This document shows, piece after piece, positions 43,179-51,214 of a stretch of DNA of 64,000 bases (the first letter of the stretch is position 1; each line of letters begins with the position of its first letter). Source of the stretch: Pseudolysobacter sp. (GTDB taxonomy: Bacteria > Pseudomonadota > Gammaproteobacteria > Xanthomonadales > Rhodanobacteraceae); assembly GCA_043759455.1 (NCBI GenBank), contig JAYVLO010000029.1:30298-94297 (forward strand). Reading direction: 5' to 3'. The position numbers and the translations under genes are program-made. The notes under the pieces were generated by a model. The model saw nothing but the letters and a program-made list of their open reading frames with translations. It had not been told where the DNA came from and made no database searches.

Positions 43179-43303
43179 GATGGAAGTTTATCAAACGGGA
43201 GGAGGCACGCATGTAGCCGCCCCGCACGGCATTGCAAAATCTCTCTTTGCAGCAAGACCATTAAAGAACTATATTCAGTCTCTTTATCATGTGGACTAGA
43301 GCC

Positions 43304-43579
43304 ATGCGCTACTCATCTCAAGTCAAGCCGATCAGTTATTTGAAAGCGAACGCGGCCGAAGTTCTGCTTGATCTGGCCGAACGCCGCGAACCACTGGTGA
43401 TTACCCAGAACGGCGAAGCCAAGGCGGTTATCCAGGATATCGCCTCGTATGAGCAGACTCGCGAAACTCTGGCCCTGTTGAAAATTCTCGCACTCGGCAA
43501 TCAGGAAATCGAGGCGGGACGCGTGATGCCTGCGGCAGATGTGATCTCGCGCCTGCGCGCAAAGCGGGCCGTGCGCTGA
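43304..43579 (+). CDS. Type II antitoxin, Phd/YefM family
   Basis: VKPISYLKANAAEVL....REPLVITQNGEAKAVIQD; TGATG overlap with the toxin gene. Confidence 0.9.
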   Translation: MRYSSQVKPISYLKANAAEVLLDLAERREPLVITQNGEAKAVIQDIASYEQTRETLALLKILALGNQEIEAGRVMPAADVISRLRAKRAVR

Positions 43580-43905
43580 TGCGCTACAAGGTGCTGCTGA
43601 CTGCTGGCGCAGAGCGTGACCTTGAGGCAATCCACGACTACATTGCCGAGTACGATTCGCTATCCGCCGCAGACCGCGTGCTGGATCGTTTGGTGAAAGT
43701 GGTGGAGATGCTCGCGACCGTGCCGCAGCGCGGCAGTCATCCGCGAGAATTGCTTGCTCTTGGCATTCACGAATACCGGCAAGTGATATTCAAGCCGTGG
43801 CGTGTGGTTTATCGCGTGATGGGCCGGCAGGTATATGTTTTTTTGATCGCCGACGGGCGCCGTGACTTGCACGGTTTGCTGACCCAGCGCCTGCTCGGCG
43901 CGTGA
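43579..43905 (+). CDS. Type II toxin, RelE/ParE family
   Basis: VLLT..AERDLEAIHDYIA, P.RG..P.EL..LG..EYRQ and WRVVYRV....VYVFLIADGRRD. Confidence 0.9.
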   Translation: MRYKVLLTAGAERDLEAIHDYIAEYDSLSAADRVLDRLVKVVEMLATVPQRGSHPRELLALGIHEYRQVIFKPWRVVYRVMGRQVYVFLIADGRRDLHGLLTQRLLGA

Positions 43906-43941
43906 GTGCGTTGTCCATTCAATAGCCAAGGAAGTATTTCG

Positions 43942-45318
43942 ATGGCCAAAGACAAAACGGTTTACGTATGCAAGGAATGCGGCGCCGAGCACAACAAGTG
44001 GCAGGGCCAGTGCGAGGCGTGCGGCCTGTGGAATACGCTGACCGAATTCGTTGTTACGCAATCGCGACCGGGTGCCGCGCCGCGTGCTGCGGGATATTCC
44101 GGCAGCGCTGCCGGCGCGCCGCAAATCACCGACCTTTCCGACGTCGCGCATAGCGAAGAAGTACGCACGCAAGTCGGCATCGGCGAGCTCGATCGTGTGC
44201 TCGGTGGTGGCTTGGTCGAAGGGTCGGTGGTGCTGATCGGTGGTGATCCGGGCATCGGCAAATCGACCTTGCTGCTGCAGATGCTCGGCGCGGTCGGCAC
44301 GCGCATGCGTGGTTTGTACGTGACCGGCGAGGAATCGCTGGGCCAGGTCGCGGCACGCGCGCAACGGCTCGGCTTGCCGCTGGAACCTTTGCGTTGCCTG
44401 ACCGAAACCTGCGTCGAAAAAATTCTCGCACTCGCGGCGAAAGACAAACCGCAACTGATGATCATCGATTCGATCCAGACGATCTGGACCGAATCACTCA
44501 CTGCTGCGCCGGGTTCGGTCAGCCAGGTGCGCGAAGCCGCGGCGCGACTCGTGCGCTTCGCCAAGGAAAGCGGCACGAGCGTATTTCTCGTCGGCCACGT
44601 GACCAAGGAAGGCGGCATCGCCGGGCCGCGGGTGCTCGAGCACATGGTCGATGCGGTGTTGTATTTCGAAGGCGAAGCCGGCAGCCGGTTTCGGGTGTTG
44701 CGCGCGTTCAAGAATCGCTTCGGCGCGGTCAACGAACTCGGCGTGTTCGGCATGTCGGAAAAAGGCCTCAAGGAAGTGCCGAATCCGTCGGCGATTTTCC
44801 TCGCGACGCACAGCGCGCCGACACCGGGCAGTGCGGTGATGGTCACACGCGAAGGCACACGTCCGCTGCTGGTCGAGGTGCAGGCGCTGGTCGATCAATC
44901 CTCGCTCGGCAATCCGCGGCGCGTTACGCTCGGGCTGGAGCAGAATCGTCTCGCGATGTTGCTCGCGGTGTTGCATCGTCACGGCGGTGTCGCGGTGTAC
45001 GATCAGGATGTGTTCGTCAACGTGGTCGGCGGCATTCGCGTGCAGGAAACCGCAGCGGATTTGCCGGTATTGCTGGCGGTGTTGTCGAGCCTGCGCGATC
45101 GACCGTTGCCGGAACAGATGGTGGCGTTTGGCGAGGTAGGATTGTCCGGCGAAATCCGTCCGGTGCCGAACGGTGAGGAGCGCCTGCGCGAAGCGGCGAC
45201 GCATGGTTTTCGCAAGGCGATCGTGCCACGCCAGAACGCGCCGAAAAAAGGCAAGTTCGGCGATCTCGAAATTATTGCGGTGGATCGATTGAGCGAGGCG
45301 TTGGCGGCGGCGCAGTGA
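43942..45318 (+). CDS. radA: DNA repair protein RadA/Sms
   Basis: CxxC..CxxC zinc finger, GDPGIGKSTLL, KNRFG and Lon-like C-terminus. Confidence 0.97.
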   Translation: MAKDKTVYVCKECGAEHNKWQGQCEACGLWNTLTEFVVTQSRPGAAPRAAGYSGSAAGAPQITDLSDVAHSEEVRTQVGIGELDRVLGGGLVEGSVVLIGGDPGIGKSTLLLQMLGAVGTRMRGLYVTGEESLGQVAARAQRLGLPLEPLRCLTETCVEKILALAAKDKPQLMIIDSIQTIWTESLTAAPGSVSQVREAAARLVRFAKESGTSVFLVGHVTKEGGIAGPRVLEHMVDAVLYFEGEAGSRFRVLRAFKNRFGAVNELGVFGMSEKGLKEVPNPSAIFLATHSAPTPGSAVMVTREGTRPLLVEVQALVDQSSLGNPRRVTLGLEQNRLAMLLAVLHRHGGVAVYDQDVFVNVVGGIRVQETAADLPVLLAVLSSLRDRPLPEQMVAFGEVGLSGEIRPVPNGEERLREAATHGFRKAIVPRQNAPKKGKFGDLEIIAVDRLSEALAAAQ

Positions 45319-45574
45319 GCGGATCGGCATTTGGTTTGTCTGGCGTCACGCATACGCCGACAAATGCTAATACAAGCACGGCATTGAATATCCAAAACGG
45401 CCAATCTGCGCCGGACATTATCCAGTCCCATGTCTGCGCCGGGGTACAGAAATGATGCAGGTTCAGCGAAAAACCGCAATCTTTCATGAAGCGCGTCGGA
45501 AAGTACGCAACGCAGAAAATCGAAACGCCGATAATCAGATAAGAATGGTAGCTGTGGATGTTGGGAAATCTCAC
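45272..45574 (-). CDS. Possible small membrane protein (uncertain)
   Basis: 100-aa ORF with two hydrophobic stretches filling the radA-ypjD gap. It overlaps the radA end by ~47 bp and no family is recognised. Confidence 0.3.
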   Translation of the reverse strand: MRFPNIHSYHSYLIIGVSIFCVAYFPTRFMKDCGFSLNLHHFCTPAQTWDWIMSGADWPFWIFNAVLVLAFVGVCVTPDKPNADPLTAPPPTPRSIDPPQ

Positions 45575-45608
45575 GCTTCACTGCTCCAAAAATTCAAAGT
45601 GACGGCGC

Positions 45609-46406
45609 TCACGCCACGCGCTTCAACACCACTTCCAGCACAAACTGGCTGCCGAAAAACGCCAGCAGCAGCAACGCCATGCCCCATAACGTGAGCTGCA
45701 CCGCGCGACGTCCGCGCCAGCCGTAACGCCAGCGTCCCCACAGCAAGGTACCGAATACCAGCCACGCCGCAATCGACAGCACGGTCTTGTGCACGAGGTG
45801 CTGATCGAACAGGTTGTGCACAAACAGGATGCCGCTGAGCAAGGTCAGGCTGAGCAGCACAAAACCCGCGCGTATCAGCTGAAACATCAGCGCTTCGGTC
45901 AAAGTGAGCGGCGGAAGGATGCGCAACAGTCCGCTGAACTGGCGTCGGCGCAACGCGCGCTCCTGTAACGCCAGTCCGATCGCGAGCAATGCCGCAAAAC
46001 ACAAAACGCTATAACCGAGCAGCGCAAAAATCACATGCAGTTTGATTTGCCATTCGATCGGTAGCGGCATGTGCGGCGCGGTCAATGCGGTCAACAGCAG
46101 CAACGCTGCGAGCGGGAACACAATCACGCCAAGTGCCGCCACCGGACGCATCAGATTTACGACCACGCACAACCCGGCGACGCCGACCGCCATGAGTGAT
46201 AACGCAGCAAAAAAATGCAGGTCGAGGCCACCCTCATGCAGAAAATTGCCGAGCACCACGACGATATGCAGCAGTACCGCCGGCCATGCCAGCGCCAGGC
46301 CGAGCAGACGCGGCGGCTGCGCACGACTCAGTAAAGGCAGCGCCAAAACCACTGCGGCGCTGACATACAGAACGGCGGCAAGCCATGAGAGCAGGACAAT
46401 CGACAT
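45609..46406 (-). CDS. ypjD: CcsA-like inner membrane protein YpjD
   Basis: Multi-TM; LHVIFALLGYS, LPPLTLTE..MF, HKTVLSIAAWLVF..LLWGR.RYGWRG and FFGSQFVLE; normally divergent from ffh. Confidence 0.88.
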   Translation of the reverse strand: MSIVLLSWLAAVLYVSAAVVLALPLLSRAQPPRLLGLALAWPAVLLHIVVVLGNFLHEGGLDLHFFAALSLMAVGVAGLCVVVNLMRPVAALGVIVFPLAALLLLTALTAPHMPLPIEWQIKLHVIFALLGYSVLCFAALLAIGLALQERALRRRQFSGLLRILPPLTLTEALMFQLIRAGFVLLSLTLLSGILFVHNLFDQHLVHKTVLSIAAWLVFGTLLWGRWRYGWRGRRAVQLTLWGMALLLLAFFGSQFVLEVVLKRVA

Positions 46407-46646
46407 GCCGCGAAGTGTGGCATACCGCGCGCGCTTCGCAAACGCTCGAGCGTGCTGCGTGTATACAAGGGGCGCGCTATCCTTGCAGCGTCCGGTATCA
46501 GGTTATACATTGCTACCAACGTGCCCGAAGCTTCTCACGCAGGCACTCAAAGATTTTTAGCAGCTGCAAGACAAGACACACAACATACGGGCCAAGCATG
46601 GAAGTCACCATCGCTGCATCTGGATATGGTCTGCGAGCCGAATGAT

Positions 46647-49526
46647 ATGAAGGCTCCCGAAATTAACGTGGCGGCGTTGACCGATTATCACGCCAAGTAC
46701 ATAGCCTACGAACTCACTCGCCGCTTCCCGCCGGGGAGTGCAGAAAAACTGGCAGGCGCCGTCGCCAGTGCACAAGTCGATCTGAATCCGCATCAGGTGG
46801 ATGCTGCGTTGTTCGCGTTCAATTCGCCCCTATCGAAGGGAGCGCTGCTCGCTGATGAGGTGGGCTTGGGCAAGACGATCGAAGCTGGTCTCGTGCTTTC
46901 ACAAAAGTGGGCCGAGAAAAAGCGCCGCATACTTATCATCACTCCATCCAACTTGCGCAAGCAGTGGTTTCAGGAAATGGGCGAAAAGTTTTTTTTGCCC
47001 TGCCGCATTCTTGAGGCAAAGTCCTACAACGCGGCGATCCGGCAAGGCCAGGTCCGTCCTTTTGAAGCACATGAGATTATTCTGTGCTCGTACCAGTTCG
47101 CGCGAAGCAAGGCATCCGATGTGCATGCCATACCGTGGGATCTGGTGGTCATCGACGAAGCGCACAGGCTGCGCAACGTATACAAGCCCGGCAACGTCAT
47201 CGCCAATACGCTCAAACTGGCATTGGCGGATCGGGACAAGTTGCTGCTGACCGCGACGCCGCTACAGAATTCGCTGCTTGAATTGTATGGGCTGGTCAGT
47301 TTCATCGACGAACATATCTTCGGCGATGTCAAAAGCTTCCGCGAGCAATTCGCGAACTTGAGTCAGGCGCAAACGTTCGAGACGCTGAAGGCGCGTCTCA
47401 GGCCGATCTGTCATCGCACCTTGCGCAGACAAGTCGTTGCTTACATCCCATACACCAAGCGTTTGCCGTTGGTCGAAGAATTCACGCCGGAAGAAAGCGA
47501 AGATCGCCTTTACGCATTGGTTTCGGAGTATCTGCAACGCGAAAATCTGCGCGCGCTGCCGGCAAGCCAACGCTCGCTGATGACGCTGGTATTGCGCAAG
47601 TTGCTGGCCTCGTCCACGTTTGCGATTGCTGGTGCCTTGCAATCCATCGCGACACGACTGAAGGCAGAGCTCGCTGCGCAGAGTCCGGTCATAACGCTGA
47701 CTGAAGATCTCGATCGTGACTACGAGGCGCTCGACGAAACCGCCGAAGAGTGGTCGGACGATAAAAGCGTCGAGCCACTGAGCGAGCAAGACCGAAAAGC
47801 CATTGCCGGTGAGATTGTCGAGCTCGAAGCGTTCGCCACGCTGGCCTCATCCATCAGCGCCAACGCCAAGGGCGCTGCGTTATTGAAAGCACTCACGGTT
47901 GCTTTCGCCAGAACGCGGGAATTGGGTGCGGAAGAAAAAGCCATCATCTTCACCGAGTCCCGCCGCACGCAGGATTACCTGCTACGCGTATTGGCCGACA
48001 GCCCGTTCAAGGACGGCATCGTGTTGTTCAACGGTTCCAACACCGACGAGCGCTCCAGGAAAATATATACCGAGTGGTTGCAGCGCCACGAGGGCAGCGA
48101 CCGTATCACCGGTTCTCGCAGCGCCGACATGCGCTCGGCGCTCGTCGAATATTTTCGCGATTGCGGTCGCATCATGATCGCCACCGAAGCTGGCGCCGAA
48201 GGCATCAACCTGCAGTTCTGTTCGCTGGTGGTCAATTACGACCTGCCGTGGAATCCTCAGCGCATCGAGCAGCGCATTGGGCGCTGCCATCGTTATGGAC
48301 AAAAGCACGATGTCGTCGTGGTCAATTTCCTCAACCGCAAGAATGCCGCCGATCAACGTGTGTTCGAGTTGCTGTCGGAAAAATTCCATTTATTCGAAGG
48401 CGTTTTTGGTGCCAGCGACGAAGTGCTGGGCGCGATTGAATCCGGTGTGGATTTCGAGAAGCGCATCGCCGCGATCTACCAAGGCTGCCGCAAGCAAGAG
48501 GAGATCAAGTCGGCCTTCGACCAGCTCCAGCTCGAACTGAGCCTGGAGATCGACGAATCCATGACACGCACCCGACAGAAACTGCTTGAACACTTCGACG
48601 ACGAAGTGCGCGAGAAATTGAAAGTGCGCAAGACGGCCTCCGAGGAACAACTCGGGCGCTACGATCATTTGCTGATGCAGCTCACCCGGCACGAATTGCA
48701 CGGACATGCCGATTTTTTCGGTGACGCAGGCTTTCGCCTGAATACATCGCCTTTCCCGGGACGTGAAACTGACATTCCATGTGGGCTGTACGAGTTGCCG
48801 CGCCGCACTGGCGACGCGCACCTGTATCGACTCAACCATCCATTGGCCGAAGCGCTCGTCGATCGGGCCAAGGCGCGCGAACTGCCGTCGGCAGAAATCC
48901 ATTTTGACTACAGCCAACATGTTGGCAAGGTTAGCTCGCTCGAGCCCCTGATCGGCAAATCGGGTCAGCTTGCCGTGTCGCTGTTCAGTGTGGAATCCCT
49001 CGATCAGGGTGAAGACCATTTGATTGTTGCGGCCACCACCGATGATGGCCGGGCCTTGGATTATGAAACTGCTCGCCGGATGCTCACGTTGCCCGGCAGC
49101 ATTTCCCGTCAAGGTGTATCAGTCGATGAGACGGCGCTGAGTCAGATTGCAGCCGAACAACGGACTCTTATCCAACGCAATATCTCAGAGCGCAACGCAC
49201 AGTTTTTCGAAGCTGAGGCGAACAAGCTCGACGGCTGGGCTGATGATCTCAAGTTGGGTCTGGAGCGCGAGATCAAGGAGCTGGATAGGCAGATCAGGGA
49301 AGTGCGGCGCGCGGCCACTGTTGCCCTGAGTCTGGATGACAAGCTGGTTATGCAGAAGCAGATCAAAAGTCTGGAAGGGCAGAGAAACCAAAAACGACGC
49401 TCGTTGTTTGATGCCCAGGATCAGGTTGATGCGCAGCGTGATACGTTGATCGCGCACATCGAAGGCAAACTGCAACAATATTCGCGAAGTGAAGCCTTGT
49501 TCAGCGCACGATGGAATGTCCTATGA
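46647..49526 (+). CDS. SNF2/RapA-like superfamily 2 helicase
   Basis: LNPHQ (Q motif), LADEVGLGKT, VIDEAH, TATP, and TEAGAEGINLQ..VVNYDLPWNPQRIEQRIGRCHRYGQ; coiled-coil-like C-terminus. Start is uncertain (46647-46677). Confidence 0.9.
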   Translation: MKAPEINVAALTDYHAKYIAYELTRRFPPGSAEKLAGAVASAQVDLNPHQVDAALFAFNSPLSKGALLADEVGLGKTIEAGLVLSQKWAEKKRRILIITPSNLRKQWFQEMGEKFFLPCRILEAKSYNAAIRQGQVRPFEAHEIILCSYQFARSKASDVHAIPWDLVVIDEAHRLRNVYKPGNVIANTLKLALADRDKLLLTATPLQNSLLELYGLVSFIDEHIFGDVKSFREQFANLSQAQTFETLKARLRPICHRTLRRQVVAYIPYTKRLPLVEEFTPEESEDRLYALVSEYLQRENLRALPASQRSLMTLVLRKLLASSTFAIAGALQSIATRLKAELAAQSPVITLTEDLDRDYEALDETAEEWSDDKSVEPLSEQDRKAIAGEIVELEAFATLASSISANAKGAALLKALTVAFARTRELGAEEKAIIFTESRRTQDYLLRVLADSPFKDGIVLFNGSNTDERSRKIYTEWLQRHEGSDRITGSRSADMRSALVEYFRDCGRIMIATEAGAEGINLQFCSLVVNYDLPWNPQRIEQRIGRCHRYGQKHDVVVVNFLNRKNAADQRVFELLSEKFHLFEGVFGASDEVLGAIESGVDFEKRIAAIYQGCRKQEEIKSAFDQLQLELSLEIDESMTRTRQKLLEHFDDEVREKLKVRKTASEEQLGRYDHLLMQLTRHELHGHADFFGDAGFRLNTSPFPGRETDIPCGLYELPRRTGDAHLYRLNHPLAEALVDRAKARELPSAEIHFDYSQHVGKVSSLEPLIGKSGQLAVSLFSVESLDQGEDHLIVAATTDDGRALDYETARRMLTLPGSISRQGVSVDETALSQIAAEQRTLIQRNISERNAQFFEAEANKLDGWADDLKLGLEREIKELDRQIREVRRAATVALSLDDKLVMQKQIKSLEGQRNQKRRSLFDAQDQVDAQRDTLIAHIEGKLQQYSRSEALFSARWNVL

Positions 49527-49695
49527 ATCTCTCAACAAGCAATAGCAATTTTAGGCTATGTAATATTGTCTGCAGTGAATTCTTGGCCGCCCTTATTCCG
49601 CAATTTGGCTATCTACTGCGCGCAGCGCGTACACCGCTGCAGTTTAGAACCATGAAGCAACGTGCCTTTAGTAGCGATTATCCAGGGGAATCCGT

Positions 49696-51153
49696 GTGAC
49701 CAAGCACTGGATTTCCTTCGCAGTAGAGTTACTAAAATCAAGTCTGGCGCCAATTCCGCATGAGACAAATGAACTGGATTGGAAAGCGGGGCTTTCTCCA
49801 AATCGTGAGCGTCTCGTCGAACATCTAATAGCCTTTGCCAACCTTCCAGGTGGTGGCTATCTTGTCTTCGGCATTGATAATGCTGACGCGCATCTTATCG
49901 GCGTTACGCAAGAGGATGTCGCGGCAATCATAGGCACCGTTGCCAATCTCGGGCGCGATGCACTGCAGCCGCCGCTCGCAGTCGATCATGGCGTCGTCGA
50001 GTTGGAGGGAGTGGCGCTGTTATGTGTGCATGTCCCGGAGCACAAGAATCGACCAGTACACCGACGTGGCAAATCCATCGAGGAGTGTTGGGTTCGCTCA
50101 GGTGGCACTACCCGTAAAGCGTCGCGGCAGGAAGTGGCGGGTCTGATGCTCGGCAGTCCACCTCCGCGTTGGGAAGAGTTGCGGGCATCCGCCGTATTGG
50201 ATGCTGAGGCCACGATCGCCTCTTTGGACTTGGCAAGCGTCGCCAAATTGCGCGAACGGCCCTTGCCCGACGATCAGCCAGCGCTGCTGCGTTGGTTGGC
50301 CGACGAAAAGATGATCACTTTTGAGGGCAGCGGATATTGCATCACGCACTTCGGCGCGATAGCAGCTGCGCGCCGACTCGAACAGTTCGATAGCCTCGCG
50401 CGCAAGCGGGTTCGGGTGATCCGCTATCGCGGCAGCAACAAAGTGGACACGATCGATGAACTGGTCGGTCAGCGTGGTTATGCGGTGGGATTCGAGGGGC
50501 TCATAGGTCATCTCAAACGCAGCCTTCCACATAGCGAGGTCATACAGAAGGCACTCCGCGTCGAGGTTAGCGTCTACCCCGAGATCGCACTGCGTGAACT
50601 GATCGCAAATACATTGATTCATCAGGATTTCAGTGTCACTGGCGCCGGGCCGATGATCGAGATTTTCGACGACCGCATCGAGTTCACCAACCCAGGCGCG
50701 TTGCTGCCGACCAAGCAGGTCGATCGCTTGATCGGGACGACACCGGAGTCGCGCAACGAAGTGTTGGCCTCGGCGTTCCGGCTATATCGGATTTGCGAGG
50801 AGCGCGGCACCGGCTTTCAGAAGGTCGTTGCCGCCATCGAATTGTTTGGTCTGCCGCCGGTTGCATTTGCAGTCCTCGACGGTGCATTTCGGGTAACGTT
50901 GTATGCGCCACGCAAGTTCACCGACATGGGCAAGACGGAGCGGATTGAGGCTTGCTACCAGCATGCCGTGCTGCGCTACCTGTCTGGTACCGCCTTGACG
51001 AACACGTCGCTGCGCGAGCGGTTGAAGCTCAGCGAAAAGCAACGCAATCTGGTCACCAACCTGATTGCCGATGCCGTCCATGCTGGACGCGTCAAACGCA
51101 AGGATCCGGACTCGGGCAACAAGTTCGCTGAATACCTCCCGTACTGGACATGA
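49696..51153 (+). CDS. Schlafen/AlbA_2 domain + HATPase_c_4 (RecG-C-like) + probable wHTH protein
   Basis: ETNELDWK...IAFAN..GGYLVFGIDN (AlbA_2) and YPEIALRELIANTLIHQDF....PMIEIFDDRIEFTNPG..RNEVLA..F....CEERGTG (HATPase_c_4). Confidence 0.85.
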   Translation: MTKHWISFAVELLKSSLAPIPHETNELDWKAGLSPNRERLVEHLIAFANLPGGGYLVFGIDNADAHLIGVTQEDVAAIIGTVANLGRDALQPPLAVDHGVVELEGVALLCVHVPEHKNRPVHRRGKSIEECWVRSGGTTRKASRQEVAGLMLGSPPPRWEELRASAVLDAEATIASLDLASVAKLRERPLPDDQPALLRWLADEKMITFEGSGYCITHFGAIAAARRLEQFDSLARKRVRVIRYRGSNKVDTIDELVGQRGYAVGFEGLIGHLKRSLPHSEVIQKALRVEVSVYPEIALRELIANTLIHQDFSVTGAGPMIEIFDDRIEFTNPGALLPTKQVDRLIGTTPESRNEVLASAFRLYRICEERGTGFQKVVAAIELFGLPPVAFAVLDGAFRVTLYAPRKFTDMGKTERIEACYQHAVLRYLSGTALTNTSLRERLKLSEKQRNLVTNLIADAVHAGRVKRKDPDSGNKFAEYLPYWT

Positions 51154-51214
51154 TGTTTGTATCACACGCGAAACCGGACAGAGCTGTAAATATCAATATA
51201 AACAATAATTTGCC

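Noticed and set aside
49511-49801. Small ORFs between the SNF2 and AlbA_2 genes
   Set aside because: They are 62 aa, overlap neighbouring genes and have no motifs; the stretch is more likely an AT-rich promoter spacer.
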